Source: Thermodesulfovibrionales bacterium (lineage in GTDB: Bacteria > Nitrospirota > Thermodesulfovibrionia > Thermodesulfovibrionales > SM23-35). From it: a stretch of DNA of 64,000 nt. This document shows, in pieces, positions 20,801 through 28,541 of this stretch (position 1 is its first letter; each line of letters starts with the position of its first letter). The position numbers were made by a program, and so were the translations under genes. Below the pieces are notes generated by a model. It was given only the letters and a program-made list of their open reading frames with translations, had not been told where the DNA came from and made no database searches. Location of the stretch: NCBI GenBank assembly GCA_963715195.1, contig CAVQRT010000002.1, positions 224,001 to 288,000 of the forward strand, given 5' to 3'.

Positions 20801-21481
20801 CATCGTGATATCATTTTGCAATGACTGAAAACTCATCACAGCAATACGCGGCGCAAACCTATCCCGGACGCCGTCATTATTTCTGTCGACCAATTCGGGA
20901 ATCAGTCCCCTCTCTTTTCTTCCGTTACGAACAATGATTTTTGTGCCCGGATTCTGGAGAGCGCATCCCGCTCCCGTTATAAATAATGAGTCATTGGACA
21001 CGGTAAAATCGCATTGCGGATAGTGGGGAGTTGTCTTTGTCCAACCACGGTTCAGACTTTCTCCTGCGAGATCGACTGAAGCAGGCTCAGCAGCCCCCAA
21101 TCCTCCTGCAAGCACATACATGAGGATGTCGAATCTGCTCATTGCTGCCCAATTCAGCAGGGCACCCGGGTAGGGCCCATGATCTCCGGACTCGCAATTT
21201 CCGGATGTTTCATAAAACATATCTGTTGTCGAACAGTACGTACTCCGGGAATCAAAGTATCCGACATAGGAGGTTGGGGAAGAATTGTCATAGTGATCTG
21301 GAAGCGGGTATGCGGCGGCAAGCATTGCTGCTGAATTATCCAGTACGATGACGATGTTCGGCGGTACGGTTCTGGTTATAAAGGGAGAGATGCTGCAAAA
21401 GTCGGACATCGTTTGAGTATAGATTAGGGTTGGGACTATGACTGTTACTATACATAGTATAAAACCAATCTTTTTCTTCAT
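17870..21481 (-). CDS. pilY1: PilY1-like type IV pilus tip adhesin, copy 1 (1203 aa)
   Basis: Signal peptide; PNIVIVLDNS vWA-like start; WKLGDIMNSTP, AGANDGMLHAF, YFALDVT..P.PLWEF beta-propeller motifs; DxN/DxDG Ca-type loops. Confidence 0.88.
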   Translation of the reverse strand: MKKKIGFILCIVTVIVPTLIYTQTMSDFCSISPFITRTVPPNIVIVLDNSAAMLAAAYPLPDHYDNSSPTSYVGYFDSRSTYCSTTDMFYETSGNCESGDHGPYPGALLNWAAMSRFDILMYVLAGGLGAAEPASVDLAGESLNRGWTKTTPHYPQCDFTVSNDSLFITGAGCALQNPGTKIIVRNGRKERGLIPELVDRNNDGVRDRFAPRIAVMSFQSLQNDITMTSCISETDSLDALYRAIAGAAPDEMNVEAPLGKAVLRTIEFYKNGCPVCSACADPVDSMQCRKNFVISLSSGDATDIPALYSAQHLNEEIRKAHTSDIRADRDGTQVIQYYSVNIFGSAAGKDIMKGFSKYGGFADANGNRLPDLSHEWDRNGDSLPDTYFEAADFPSIRLSLGRAFSDISAQAASGTAASALSGSAGAAGGIMQAFFLPARQEGAGEVLWTGYMQSLWTDPDGNLREDSVHDYKLMLNQDKIVKFFAPDRGNETKAALFTTQSDGGGGTFARCSNPEIRESAHVKSIWEAGRSLALRVPSDRIIFTSKKIIRGAKVTHTFSETPYPLFQTAMNSTLLSALNPDTDYTADAIVRYIRGECLESGVTGDTPCGSGINPAFRDRRIAIDGVSRVWKLGDIMNSTPKVSGGMPLNAYHVDYADRSYYDYIADNRYQRKSSVVFAGANDGMLHAFRGGYLKDGGLAGSVKALLRNFFGSGDGEHEQLGEEIWAYIPFNAFPYIKYLADPDYCHINYTDLSVKVFDVSFSGGPGATKDQNSWRTILLGGMRFGGACGTGGRPADPPAGAPADVGFSSYFALDVTLPERPVPLWEFSDDDMGFAASAPAIVRTGDKMQNGKWYVILGSGSKVLPKAGDDIGRSAPGCLYILNLGTGDLVKKITLDHPAIVADLLAIDADKDYITEKIYFGTSFQSNTAWMGKMMSLNVPAVLEASGADVAWSSSFGNVLFSGKYPFTASPEAAKDTKGAIWVYAGSGKYFSDVDETDESQQIVFGLQDKNDLINEASLFDATNVLTNGVVTGTDRVCGYDAEMKSFRFRDIVTAVKPASTTLTSTDPGWRISLSGRERVISRPVAVGGILDFLSYRPDSDPCTYGGDSYLYSVSYTTGLAPARVAIRSPEISTGTGGSVTVHKSISLGSGAPPAGDAIMIQPPKDGSEQLQKNIQLATGRMAEAENQPLLSIVSKIVHWLKK

Positions 21482-21504
21482 TTCCTCCTCCTGATTAATT
21501 GTGG

Positions 21505-22074
21505 TTATGATACATATCGGTAGAGCGCCGAGGTCTCTGCTTTTATGCCACCAGCCCCGGTTACGATTGCATTAATCCTGTAGTAAATTGCGGTTGAAGG
21601 GGGACCATTGCCTGATTTGGGGAATTCAAGCCTGCTTCCCGGCAATTGAGAGGAAAAAAGCCGCGTAAGGGTAATTTTTGCTGAGTAGTTCGAAAAAAGA
21701 TCTGAAGCAGGCAACGTGAGAGAAGTTGTACAGGGAACATTTTCAAGAAATAAAACCGCTTCAACAAGACAGCCGGGGCTTGAGTCGACTATCGGCAATG
21801 CGGCTGCAGGCTCCCCTCTTGCAATGAGCTGGACTGCGGCTTTCATGATTTCTATCGAACCATCCGCAGCTTCAGCGGCTGTTGAATATCTTTTGCCGGC
21901 TCCCGACATCATGGTGGATTGAGTAACAACGTAGAGGGTTCCTGTTATGAAAATAGTGACTGCAAGGGTTATCACCAGCGCGGCAACCAACGCAATCCCG
22001 TGATTAGCAGATAGTTGTCTGCTTTTTTTCACTTGTGGTTTCTTGGTGTTACGGTTAAGGCAATTAGTCTCCAA
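21505..22074 (-). CDS. pilX: PilX-like minor pilin, cluster 1
   Basis: G|IALVAALVI prepilin-like N-terminus lacking E5, A..AADG motif, position next to pilY1. Confidence 0.75.
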   Translation of the reverse strand: METNCLNRNTKKPQVKKSRQLSANHGIALVAALVITLAVTIFITGTLYVVTQSTMMSGAGKRYSTAAEAADGSIEIMKAAVQLIARGEPAAALPIVDSSPGCLVEAVLFLENVPCTTSLTLPASDLFSNYSAKITLTRLFSSQLPGSRLEFPKSGNGPPSTAIYYRINAIVTGAGGIKAETSALYRYVS

Positions 22075-23165
22075 CGGTATTTCCTCTGCTCAGCTGTCAA
22101 CGTTACATCCCTACCGATTCCGAGATTTGCATCCCCTGCGCGGATTCGATCAGGGTTTGACGGATTCTCCGGGTTTGTGTACAGGTAGTCAGCATCCCTG
22201 TTACCATTCTGGACAAGGATATAAACCCTTACCTGTTTCAGCCGCCGCCTGAGCATCTCAGAATCATATGAAGATGATAAAATCCCGCCGTTATCCCATA
22301 CATCAATGAGCCCGTCTTCAGGAGAACTTGCATCGATGCCAAAAGCGACCTGAATATCCCTCACACATCCAAGGAGCGGTTCAATTGATTGACCATGCGT
22401 CATTTCTATCCTCTGGAGGCTTCTTGTGCCCCGTGCACAGGTTTTTGGCATATCAGCAGGAGATCCACCCAACCGGTACTGGATTACATAATACGGTCTC
22501 GGGATTTCCGATCCGCTCCCCTGGGGAGGCCTGCTCAGCCCATAAAGAAGCGCCCCTCTCCCTTCATGGGCAGAAAAATTCGGGGCAGACGGATAAATGA
22601 ATCTCCACGTCACACCGTCTGTAATCATTGCTCTGGTATTTGGCTCAATATAAACAACCCTGTCATTCACCTGCACATCTTCCCTGACATCATCCCATAG
22701 CTGGAACACAGCGGGTGACGTGTCCTTGAGATAGGTCCAGCCCTGTGAAGCCTTTGAATATATGCCGAGCGCTGTCCCCGTCATGAACAGCGAATCAGCA
22801 CCTGTGAGTCCTGTTGTTGGATACCTGCCACCCAGCGGATTCAGGGTACTGCCCGGGGCAATATTGTCTGTTGCACCCAGTGGCAAAGGTTCAGGGGAAA
22901 ATATCATTCCACCATAGTCATCTGCCAATCCATACCCTGCCATCAAGATATCCCGCTCGATGATATTCCTTGCAATAACTATCTCAATTTCGGATTGCGC
23001 GAGTCTGTATTCCCTCGTCGCGTGACCTGCATGTGTTGTATACACAGAATATACCCCTGCCATAACAACCGAAAAGATCGCAAGTGTTATAATGAGCTCT
23101 GCAAGGGTTGTCCCGCTTTGATATGCTTTTCTCCAGACCTTCAATTCCTTATAGCTTTCCAACAT
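22029..23165 (-). CDS. pilW: PilW-like minor pilin, cluster 1 (unusual leader)
   Basis: G|TTLAELIITL, IERDILMAGYG, DIQVAFGID, KQVRVYIL, YRWRLI. Confidence 0.8.
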   Translation of the reverse strand: MLESYKELKVWRKAYQSGTTLAELIITLAIFSVVMAGVYSVYTTHAGHATREYRLAQSEIEIVIARNIIERDILMAGYGLADDYGGMIFSPEPLPLGATDNIAPGSTLNPLGGRYPTTGLTGADSLFMTGTALGIYSKASQGWTYLKDTSPAVFQLWDDVREDVQVNDRVVYIEPNTRAMITDGVTWRFIYPSAPNFSAHEGRGALLYGLSRPPQGSGSEIPRPYYVIQYRLGGSPADMPKTCARGTRSLQRIEMTHGQSIEPLLGCVRDIQVAFGIDASSPEDGLIDVWDNGGILSSSYDSEMLRRRLKQVRVYILVQNGNRDADYLYTNPENPSNPDRIRAGDANLGIGRDVTLTAEQRKYRWRLIALTVTPRNHK

Positions 23166-23170
23166 TTCAG

Positions 23171-23205
23171 TCGACTCCTTGGACCCTTGAATCCTTGAAC
23201 CCTTG
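23171..23205. repeat. Octamer tandem repeat directly upstream of pilW copy 1
   Basis: TCGACTCC TTGGACCC TTGAATCC TTGAACCC TTG. Confidence 0.8.
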
Positions 23206-23207
23206 CC

Positions 23208-23693
23208 TCACGGTTTTCGGTGTCTGTAAAGAACAGTGCTGTGGAGGTGACCTTCATTGCGTTCCTTGTAAGCGACGCTAATACTTATCTGACGGAGATC
23301 CTCGCCGAGGGGTAGCACATCCCACGTCATGTTGAATCGCTGCCGGAAGTTCTTAATTGTTTGCACGGGGTTGGGATATTTCAGATAATCATCCGGATAA
23401 TCGTTCAGACAGGGATTGCTGTTGTCATACCGGTATGAGTCATTATAGTTCGCAGAACCAGGGTCTGCAGTCAATCCGCATGAACGGATTGAATCAAACG
23501 GCAGAGCAAGAATAATCCCGGTGGTCTGATTTGTCATCCTGATTGCGGCATTCCTTAGGTCGTTTGCAACATTAATCTGGATTGCATGGATCAACACAGC
23601 CGATAGGACCAGGAGTGTGAGCGCGATAATGACGAGAGCAGTCATCATTTCGATCAGCGTGAACCCGTTACTGTTCCTGGCACTCGTTTTCAT
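23208..23693 (-). CDS. pilV: PilV-like minor pilin, cluster 1
   Basis: G|FTLIEMM N-methylation motif, N..N.LRN.A. Confidence 0.8.
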   Translation of the reverse strand: MKTSARNSNGFTLIEMMTALVIIALTLLVLSAVLIHAIQINVANDLRNAAIRMTNQTTGIILALPFDSIRSCGLTADPGSANYNDSYRYDNSNPCLNDYPDDYLKYPNPVQTIKNFRQRFNMTWDVLPLGEDLRQISISVAYKERNEGHLHSTVLYRHRKP

Positions 23694-24273
23694 TCCATAT
23701 GCCTTCGCGTATCCGGTTAAAACTGATGCTCACACATTTTTTCTGGAGTTCATGCATCTGCGGGTGGAGAAAAACTATGCTCATCTTCTGGAACCCAAAA
23801 TTCGCCTGTCTCGGTATCCCATGACGGTCAAAAAGCAGCACGGCGTTATCCGGATAGACCAGTGATCCGCTTTTTTTAATCTGCAATTCAAGCGGCGGGA
23901 AAATATCCCTCTGTCTTGCGCCTGCCCCGCCATCAGTCAGCGCCGATTCCTCCCCTATTCCGTCATAGGCAAAATTGCCGTTGCTGTCATTGAATCTGAA
24001 AAGCTTGTACCGTCTTTTGGATTCGAACCGTATTCCCAGTCCGCGCATTTCGGGACATGCTGCATCCGGTCCCTGAGTCATTGCAGAATATCTGATCCAC
24101 TGAAGGTCTGAAAGAAGTTCTTTCGCAGCGCTCCGGATGCGCTCCGTACCGGTAAATCCAGCTCCAATAGCCGTAAGTGCTGCGAGGATACTGATAATCG
24201 AAAGAACGATGATAAGTTCTATTAAGGTTAAACCATTGTAATTATCACCATTTAGTAATGTGATGCGACTCAT
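23668..24273 (-). CDS. fimT: FimT/FimU-like minor pilin, cluster 1
   Basis: G|LTLIELII, LLSDLQWIR..AM, FDRHG, IREG.WN...C. Confidence 0.78.
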   Translation of the reverse strand: MSRITLLNGDNYNGLTLIELIIVLSIISILAALTAIGAGFTGTERIRSAAKELLSDLQWIRYSAMTQGPDAACPEMRGLGIRFESKRRYKLFRFNDSNGNFAYDGIGEESALTDGGAGARQRDIFPPLELQIKKSGSLVYPDNAVLLFDRHGIPRQANFGFQKMSIVFLHPQMHELQKKCVSISFNRIREGIWNENECQEQ

Positions 24274-24332
24274 CCCTGGTTCGTCTCGATTCAAAAATCT
24301 TATTTCTTGACAGGATTATATTGATTGAATTT

Positions 24333-24362
24333 AAATTAGCATTTGCTAATATTTATTGTCAA
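24333..24362 (-). promoter_or_regulatory. Putative sigma70 promoter of pilin cluster 1 overlapped by a palindromic operator
   Basis: Minus-strand TTGACA (24362-24357) followed by TGCTAATTT; palindrome ATTAGCA-TT-TGCTAAT at 24335-24350. Confidence 0.5.
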
Positions 24363-24481
24363 GCTTTTATTTGTTCCATGTGATTTTGATTGAAAATATG
24401 TACTATGAGGTGATAAAAGGGGAATTACATTAAAGCGTTAGCTTATAAATAAAACTGCAAAAAAGGCAGGTTGGTGGCTGG

Positions 24482-25405
24482 TTACTTCTTTTGCTCAGGC
24501 TTTATGTCAAGGGTGAGTTCCTGGGTTGCTTCGCCTCCATGCCCATCAGTAACTGCAACAGTAAATGATGCCTTACCCGTGAAATCAGGGGGCACATCCC
24601 ACGTGATCAAACCAGTTGCAGAATCAATGCTCATACCGGCAGGTGCTTTTTTCAGAGAGTAGGTGAGATTATCTCCATCAGGGTCAGCAGCATTGATCTG
24701 ATGTGAATACCGCTTTCCATCAAAAAGATATTTTCTGTTATCGGTAATCACTGGTGGCAGATTGACAATTTCTCTATGGAGAATTCCCGGGCGTCCATAA
24801 TCCGTTCCGTCAAACGGCGTTATTTTGACCGATATCTTGTCACCTCTTTTAGGGGCCAATTGGATTTGTCTGCTATTTCCGGCAGATTCACCGTTCTTCG
24901 TCCATACATACGAGAGTGTGACCTCATCGCCGTCTATATCAGTCCCGGCAGCATCAACACTCAGGGCATCACCGGGCTTGAAAACCTCCGGCATAATCTG
25001 TATCCTGCTGATCTCCGGCGGAGAATTCCCTATCTGAATCATGTTTGATGACACTTTTTTACCTTCGATTGTTGCCCTGGCCTGAATGCTGTCATTCTTT
25101 TTGATTATCGAGGCATCAAACTCGGATGTCTTGGCATTCGCCAACTTTTCCCCGTTAACAAACCATTCGATTTCCGCATCCGACAGCTTAAAACCATGAG
25201 GTACTGCGTATAGCCGTGATGTTTTCGTGGCATTGACAGGAACTATTTCCAGAGATAAAGCGCCGACCTCTTCTGACCCGCCGGGCTGAGACGTCTGAGA
25301 ACCCACACCAGCTGGTCCCTCCGCTTGTTGCCTGCTGACATCTGACTTGTCAGACGAGCAGGAGAAAAGAAAAAGCATCAGAACAAGTCCAATAAATTTA
25401 TGCAT
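24482..25405 (-). CDS. Lipoprotein with Ig-like/He_PIG (cadherin-like) domains
   Basis: MHKFIGLVLMLFLFSC lipobox; D.DGD..T.SY.W, APAGMSIDSATG.ITW, V.VTDG.GG. Confidence 0.78.
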   Translation of the reverse strand: MHKFIGLVLMLFLFSCSSDKSDVSRQQAEGPAGVGSQTSQPGGSEEVGALSLEIVPVNATKTSRLYAVPHGFKLSDAEIEWFVNGEKLANAKTSEFDASIIKKNDSIQARATIEGKKVSSNMIQIGNSPPEISRIQIMPEVFKPGDALSVDAAGTDIDGDEVTLSYVWTKNGESAGNSRQIQLAPKRGDKISVKITPFDGTDYGRPGILHREIVNLPPVITDNRKYLFDGKRYSHQINAADPDGDNLTYSLKKAPAGMSIDSATGLITWDVPPDFTGKASFTVAVTDGHGGEATQELTLDIKPEQKK

Positions 25406-25427
25406 GGTACACCCTATTCCTTTGATT

Positions 25428-25514
25428 GTCATTATCCGGCTCGACCGGATAATCCAGGCCTGAAAGCTTCTTGGCTTGAAACCTCTGGATTGCCCGATCA
25501 AGTCGGGCAATGAC
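25428..25514. repeat. REP-like nested palindrome (GTCATT...AATGAC family)
   Basis: GTCATTATCCGGCTCGACCGGATAATCCAG ... CTGGATTGCCCGATCAAGTCGGGCAATGAC. Confidence 0.85.
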
Positions 25515-25567
25515 GGCTTAAAAGATAGTAAGGTTCTGAGGTGTTCCATTAATACAAAAATATTTTA

Positions 25568-25625
25568 TGTCATTCCCGCTTGTCGGGAATCCTTCCGGAA
25601 AGATTCCGGCCACGCCGGAATGACA
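25568..25625. repeat. REP-like nested palindrome (GTCATT...AATGAC family)
   Basis: TGTCATTCCCGCTTGTCGGGAATC...GATTCCGGCCACGCCGGAATGACA. Confidence 0.85.
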
Positions 25626-25691
25626 AACAGTGTAACACATTTTTCCTTACAGGCAATCTTCTTCATAATTTTTCTTTTCATTCTATTAACC

Positions 25692-26390
25692 TCAGTACTG
25701 GTACAGTATCGACAATTTTGCCCTCTCGGAAGGGTTCGCTGCATTTTCCGCGTCAACCTCAATGGTGTAAAGATATGGAATGCTCACTACAGTTATTTCA
25801 CCAGAACCAGAACTGACAACGCCGTGTTTCAGCAACCCTTCATCTCCGCCGGAATTGCCCTCAACAGTGTCAACTATTTTTGCATAGCCAGTGTATGTTG
25901 GATAGGGAGCAGATCCAAGATCAAACCGAAAATCATACGTAGTCTGGTCAGCAGGGTCAATAACCATAGTAGTGGCATTTGCATAACTGCCACAGGCCGC
26001 CCAGTTCGTTGCCGATGTATTAGAATTTAGCTTCGCAGTGAGACATGCGTCTGAAATAGTTCTGTAATATCCTATCGCAGTTCCCATGTCAAGATCCGGA
26101 TCCCCCCGCATCGCAAGAAGCCGGAACGTGACGTCAGCGCCACCCATGCCAGCCTCGAGCGCAGTCCTGTATCTCTTCTCCATTCCTGAGATCTGTGTTG
26201 TTGACGTTATCATATAGATTAGCCCGGTAATAATGGCAAGTACAATCGCCGAGAGAATCAATACCATCGCAAGTGCAACACCCTTTTGATTGAGGGGCGC
26301 CAAGGCACGATACAAAAACCATGATCCATGGCTTTTGAATCTTTTGTCCCGTATCGTGCATTTTATTGCTTGCATCTTATATTTTTCCAT
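25692..26390 (-). CDS. pilX: PilX-like minor pilin, cluster 2 (long repeat-derived leader)
   Basis: NQKG|VALAMVLIL, SG..KRY.TALEA..GG, E.A.LS.LY. Confidence 0.8.
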   Translation of the reverse strand: MEKYKMQAIKCTIRDKRFKSHGSWFLYRALAPLNQKGVALAMVLILSAIVLAIITGLIYMITSTTQISGMEKRYRTALEAGMGGADVTFRLLAMRGDPDLDMGTAIGYYRTISDACLTAKLNSNTSATNWAACGSYANATTMVIDPADQTTYDFRFDLGSAPYPTYTGYAKIVDTVEGNSGGDEGLLKHGVVSSGSGEITVVSIPYLYTIEVDAENAANPSERAKLSILYQY

Positions 26391-26392
26391 GT

Positions 26393-27559
26393 TTACCTCA
26401 ATAGATTGAGACTATGAACAGTCATCGAGTACACTTTCCATCGGTAATTTTGCCAGTTTGCTCCTATGATTGCAGCCAGATCAAAATCCCTTCCCATAGC
26501 AAATTCTCCAACAGTAACAGGGTTAGTCGTATATGTGAAATTAGGATCTCTCTGGCCTTCGTGGGCTAAGATATATACCCTGACCTCTTTCACCTGATCC
26601 CTTATTTGTTGAGCCGTAAATGCCGAAATATCATCACTGTAACCATCCGCGCTGACAGTTGGCTCAAAGTCTCCGTCCCCATCATTGTCCAGTCCAAATA
26701 TAACCTGCATATCAGCAACACAGTCCAGGAAAGGGAGATAGGTATCATAATTGTTGCCGCCTGTCACGTGTCTGATTGGGGACTTAACAAGCACACCGGT
26801 ACCCGGTGCACACCTTTGTGGGGTTATATTGTTGCCACTTTGATCGGTTCCGGTCACAAAATAGTCAGCTCGATTGAATGGCCTCTGCGGCGATGGGTCG
26901 GTTGTCCCGTTTATTCCGTATACCACACGAGTTTCCAAATTGTCTGTCGGGGGCCAGGGATTGTTCGTCACGTTTCCAAATGTCGTGTAAAAAACTGCCC
27001 CATTTGCAACCAGTCTCTTTGCATTCGTGTCGGTAGACCCCGGAGAAATGACGATTACTCTGTCAGATGATGCAAGATTTTCACTTGCAGGAGTCCATTG
27101 CCTCGGATTTTCTGGGGCCGAGAAGGGTGCCATCTTTAGTGTAGTCCATCTTTGAGATGCGTCGTTCAACGCAACATTCGTTGCCTTTATTACCAAATAA
27201 TCAACACCGCTAAACCCGCTGAACGTAATATTGTTCCCGCTTATGGCAGCCCTCGGTGCGTTGCATGGTGCGCTGCCATTACAATCATTGTAGTTAGCGG
27301 CGGTTGGACCCGTTGCCTCCCCGTAAATGACCGCTGCCGGTATGATCCAGGGAAGTCCGTGCCCCATATGTTCGAGATCGCGTCTCAGCATTTCCAGACC
27401 GACAATTCCTTCAATGTTCGACTCGGAGATCTTGCTCTGTTGCTTGAATTGTGTCAGCAACCCGGAAAATATCTGTGAACCTGCCGCCATCACAAATACA
27501 AAGATAACCATTGTTATGAGAAGCTCAACCATGGTAAATCCTGCCTGTTTCTTAATCAT
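26393..27559 (-). CDS. pilW: PilW-like minor pilin, cluster 2
   Basis: G|FTMVELL, LRRDLEH.G.G, DCVADMQV.FGLD, YRWKVY. Confidence 0.85.
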   Translation of the reverse strand: MIKKQAGFTMVELLITMVIFVFVMAAGSQIFSGLLTQFKQQSKISESNIEGIVGLEMLRRDLEHMGHGLPWIIPAAVIYGEATGPTAANYNDCNGSAPCNAPRAAISGNNITFSGFSGVDYLVIKATNVALNDASQRWTTLKMAPFSAPENPRQWTPASENLASSDRVIVISPGSTDTNAKRLVANGAVFYTTFGNVTNNPWPPTDNLETRVVYGINGTTDPSPQRPFNRADYFVTGTDQSGNNITPQRCAPGTGVLVKSPIRHVTGGNNYDTYLPFLDCVADMQVIFGLDNDGDGDFEPTVSADGYSDDISAFTAQQIRDQVKEVRVYILAHEGQRDPNFTYTTNPVTVGEFAMGRDFDLAAIIGANWQNYRWKVYSMTVHSLNLLR

Positions 27560-27996
27560 GACCTCTGCCTTATTGTTGATATTCTGTGTGTAAAAGCACT
27601 ACCGTTCACAATGGTATTATCACGCCATTCCCATGTAGTGGTGACATTGATCTGTTTGGTATTCGCATCGTCTGTGCCAAGGTTACCATCTCCATCAAGC
27701 TCGGCAACAACAACAATGGTATGAAAGGTAACACCTCCGGTTATGTTCCTCACGTTCCTGACAATCGGTACGTCACCGGCATCCGATACAAGAGACGCAA
27801 ATGGTAAATTTCGCGCCTCGTTCATCCTCAGCTCTGCGACATTAACAGCCTCATCCCTCAGAACATTTCTCGTGGTTGAGTCAATGCCTACGAGGGCTGT
27901 CTGCATCATCGCAAGGGATACCAGGAGGAATACCACCATTGCGATCAAGACTTCAACAAGTGTCAATCCTTTGTTATCTTTCAACACACGTCCCAT
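27556..27996 (-). CDS. pilV: PilV-like minor pilin, cluster 2
   Basis: G|LTLVEVL, RNVLRDEAV.VAE..M. Confidence 0.82.
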   Translation of the reverse strand: MGRVLKDNKGLTLVEVLIAMVVFLLVSLAMMQTALVGIDSTTRNVLRDEAVNVAELRMNEARNLPFASLVSDAGDVPIVRNVRNITGGVTFHTIVVVAELDGDGNLGTDDANTKQINVTTTWEWRDNTIVNGSAFTHRISTIRQRS

Positions 27997-28465
27997 TCCA
28001 TTTCCCCATATTGATCCTTGTCTGAGATAGCGTAAGGCAATCATAATCAGCATCTACCGTAGAGATTAAACGGATACTTCCCGCAGGCGCTATCATTCCT
28101 CTTCTGTCAAAATTGATCTGATTTCCCGGGCCCGTCCAGTCGATCACATATTCAACCGATTTCGGATAAGTTGGCAAGCGCGTATCAGAGCCTATCTCGA
28201 GAACACTATTGCCATCAGGTGCCGGATTCGTATCGTCATAGATTATGTAAGCATTTGCAGTTCCTGTTGCAAAATGCATCCTGTTCATCGTCATCGCCCT
28301 TACCCTCGCATTCATCAAATCGGTATGCATCTGTTTAATCTGGTTTTCTACCCTGTACCGGCCCATCCAGTTCCTGTATTCGAAGCCGAGAGCAACCACA
28401 AGAATTGCGATGATGGAAACAGCAATCATGAGCTCGATTAACGTTACTCCGTCCTGTCTATTCAT
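27974..28465 (-). CDS. fimT: FimT/FimU-like minor pilin, cluster 2
   Basis: G|VTLIELM, DLMNAR.RAM, FDRRG, TRINMGKWNG.C. Confidence 0.82.
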   Translation of the reverse strand: MNRQDGVTLIELMIAVSIIAILVVALGFEYRNWMGRYRVENQIKQMHTDLMNARVRAMTMNRMHFATGTANAYIIYDDTNPAPDGNSVLEIGSDTRLPTYPKSVEYVIDWTGPGNQINFDRRGMIAPAGSIRLISTVDADYDCLTLSQTRINMGKWNGTCVER

Positions 28466-28541
28466 GGCGAACACGGTTATCATGGTAGTCATTTTCCGGC
28501 TTGAAAAGAAAATATATTACAGAAACTCTATGAGTCGACAT

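Noticed and set aside
24335..24350. TTAGCA/TGCTAA palindrome as a CIRCE element
   Set aside because: CIRCE needs TTAGCACTC-N9-GAGTGCTAA; arms and spacing do not match.
25406..26030. ORF-track N-terminal extension of the Ig lipoprotein and ORFs 25476-26030 and 25565-25762
   Set aside because: They are translations of REP-like palindromes or antisense to pilX; the lipobox supports the start at 25405.
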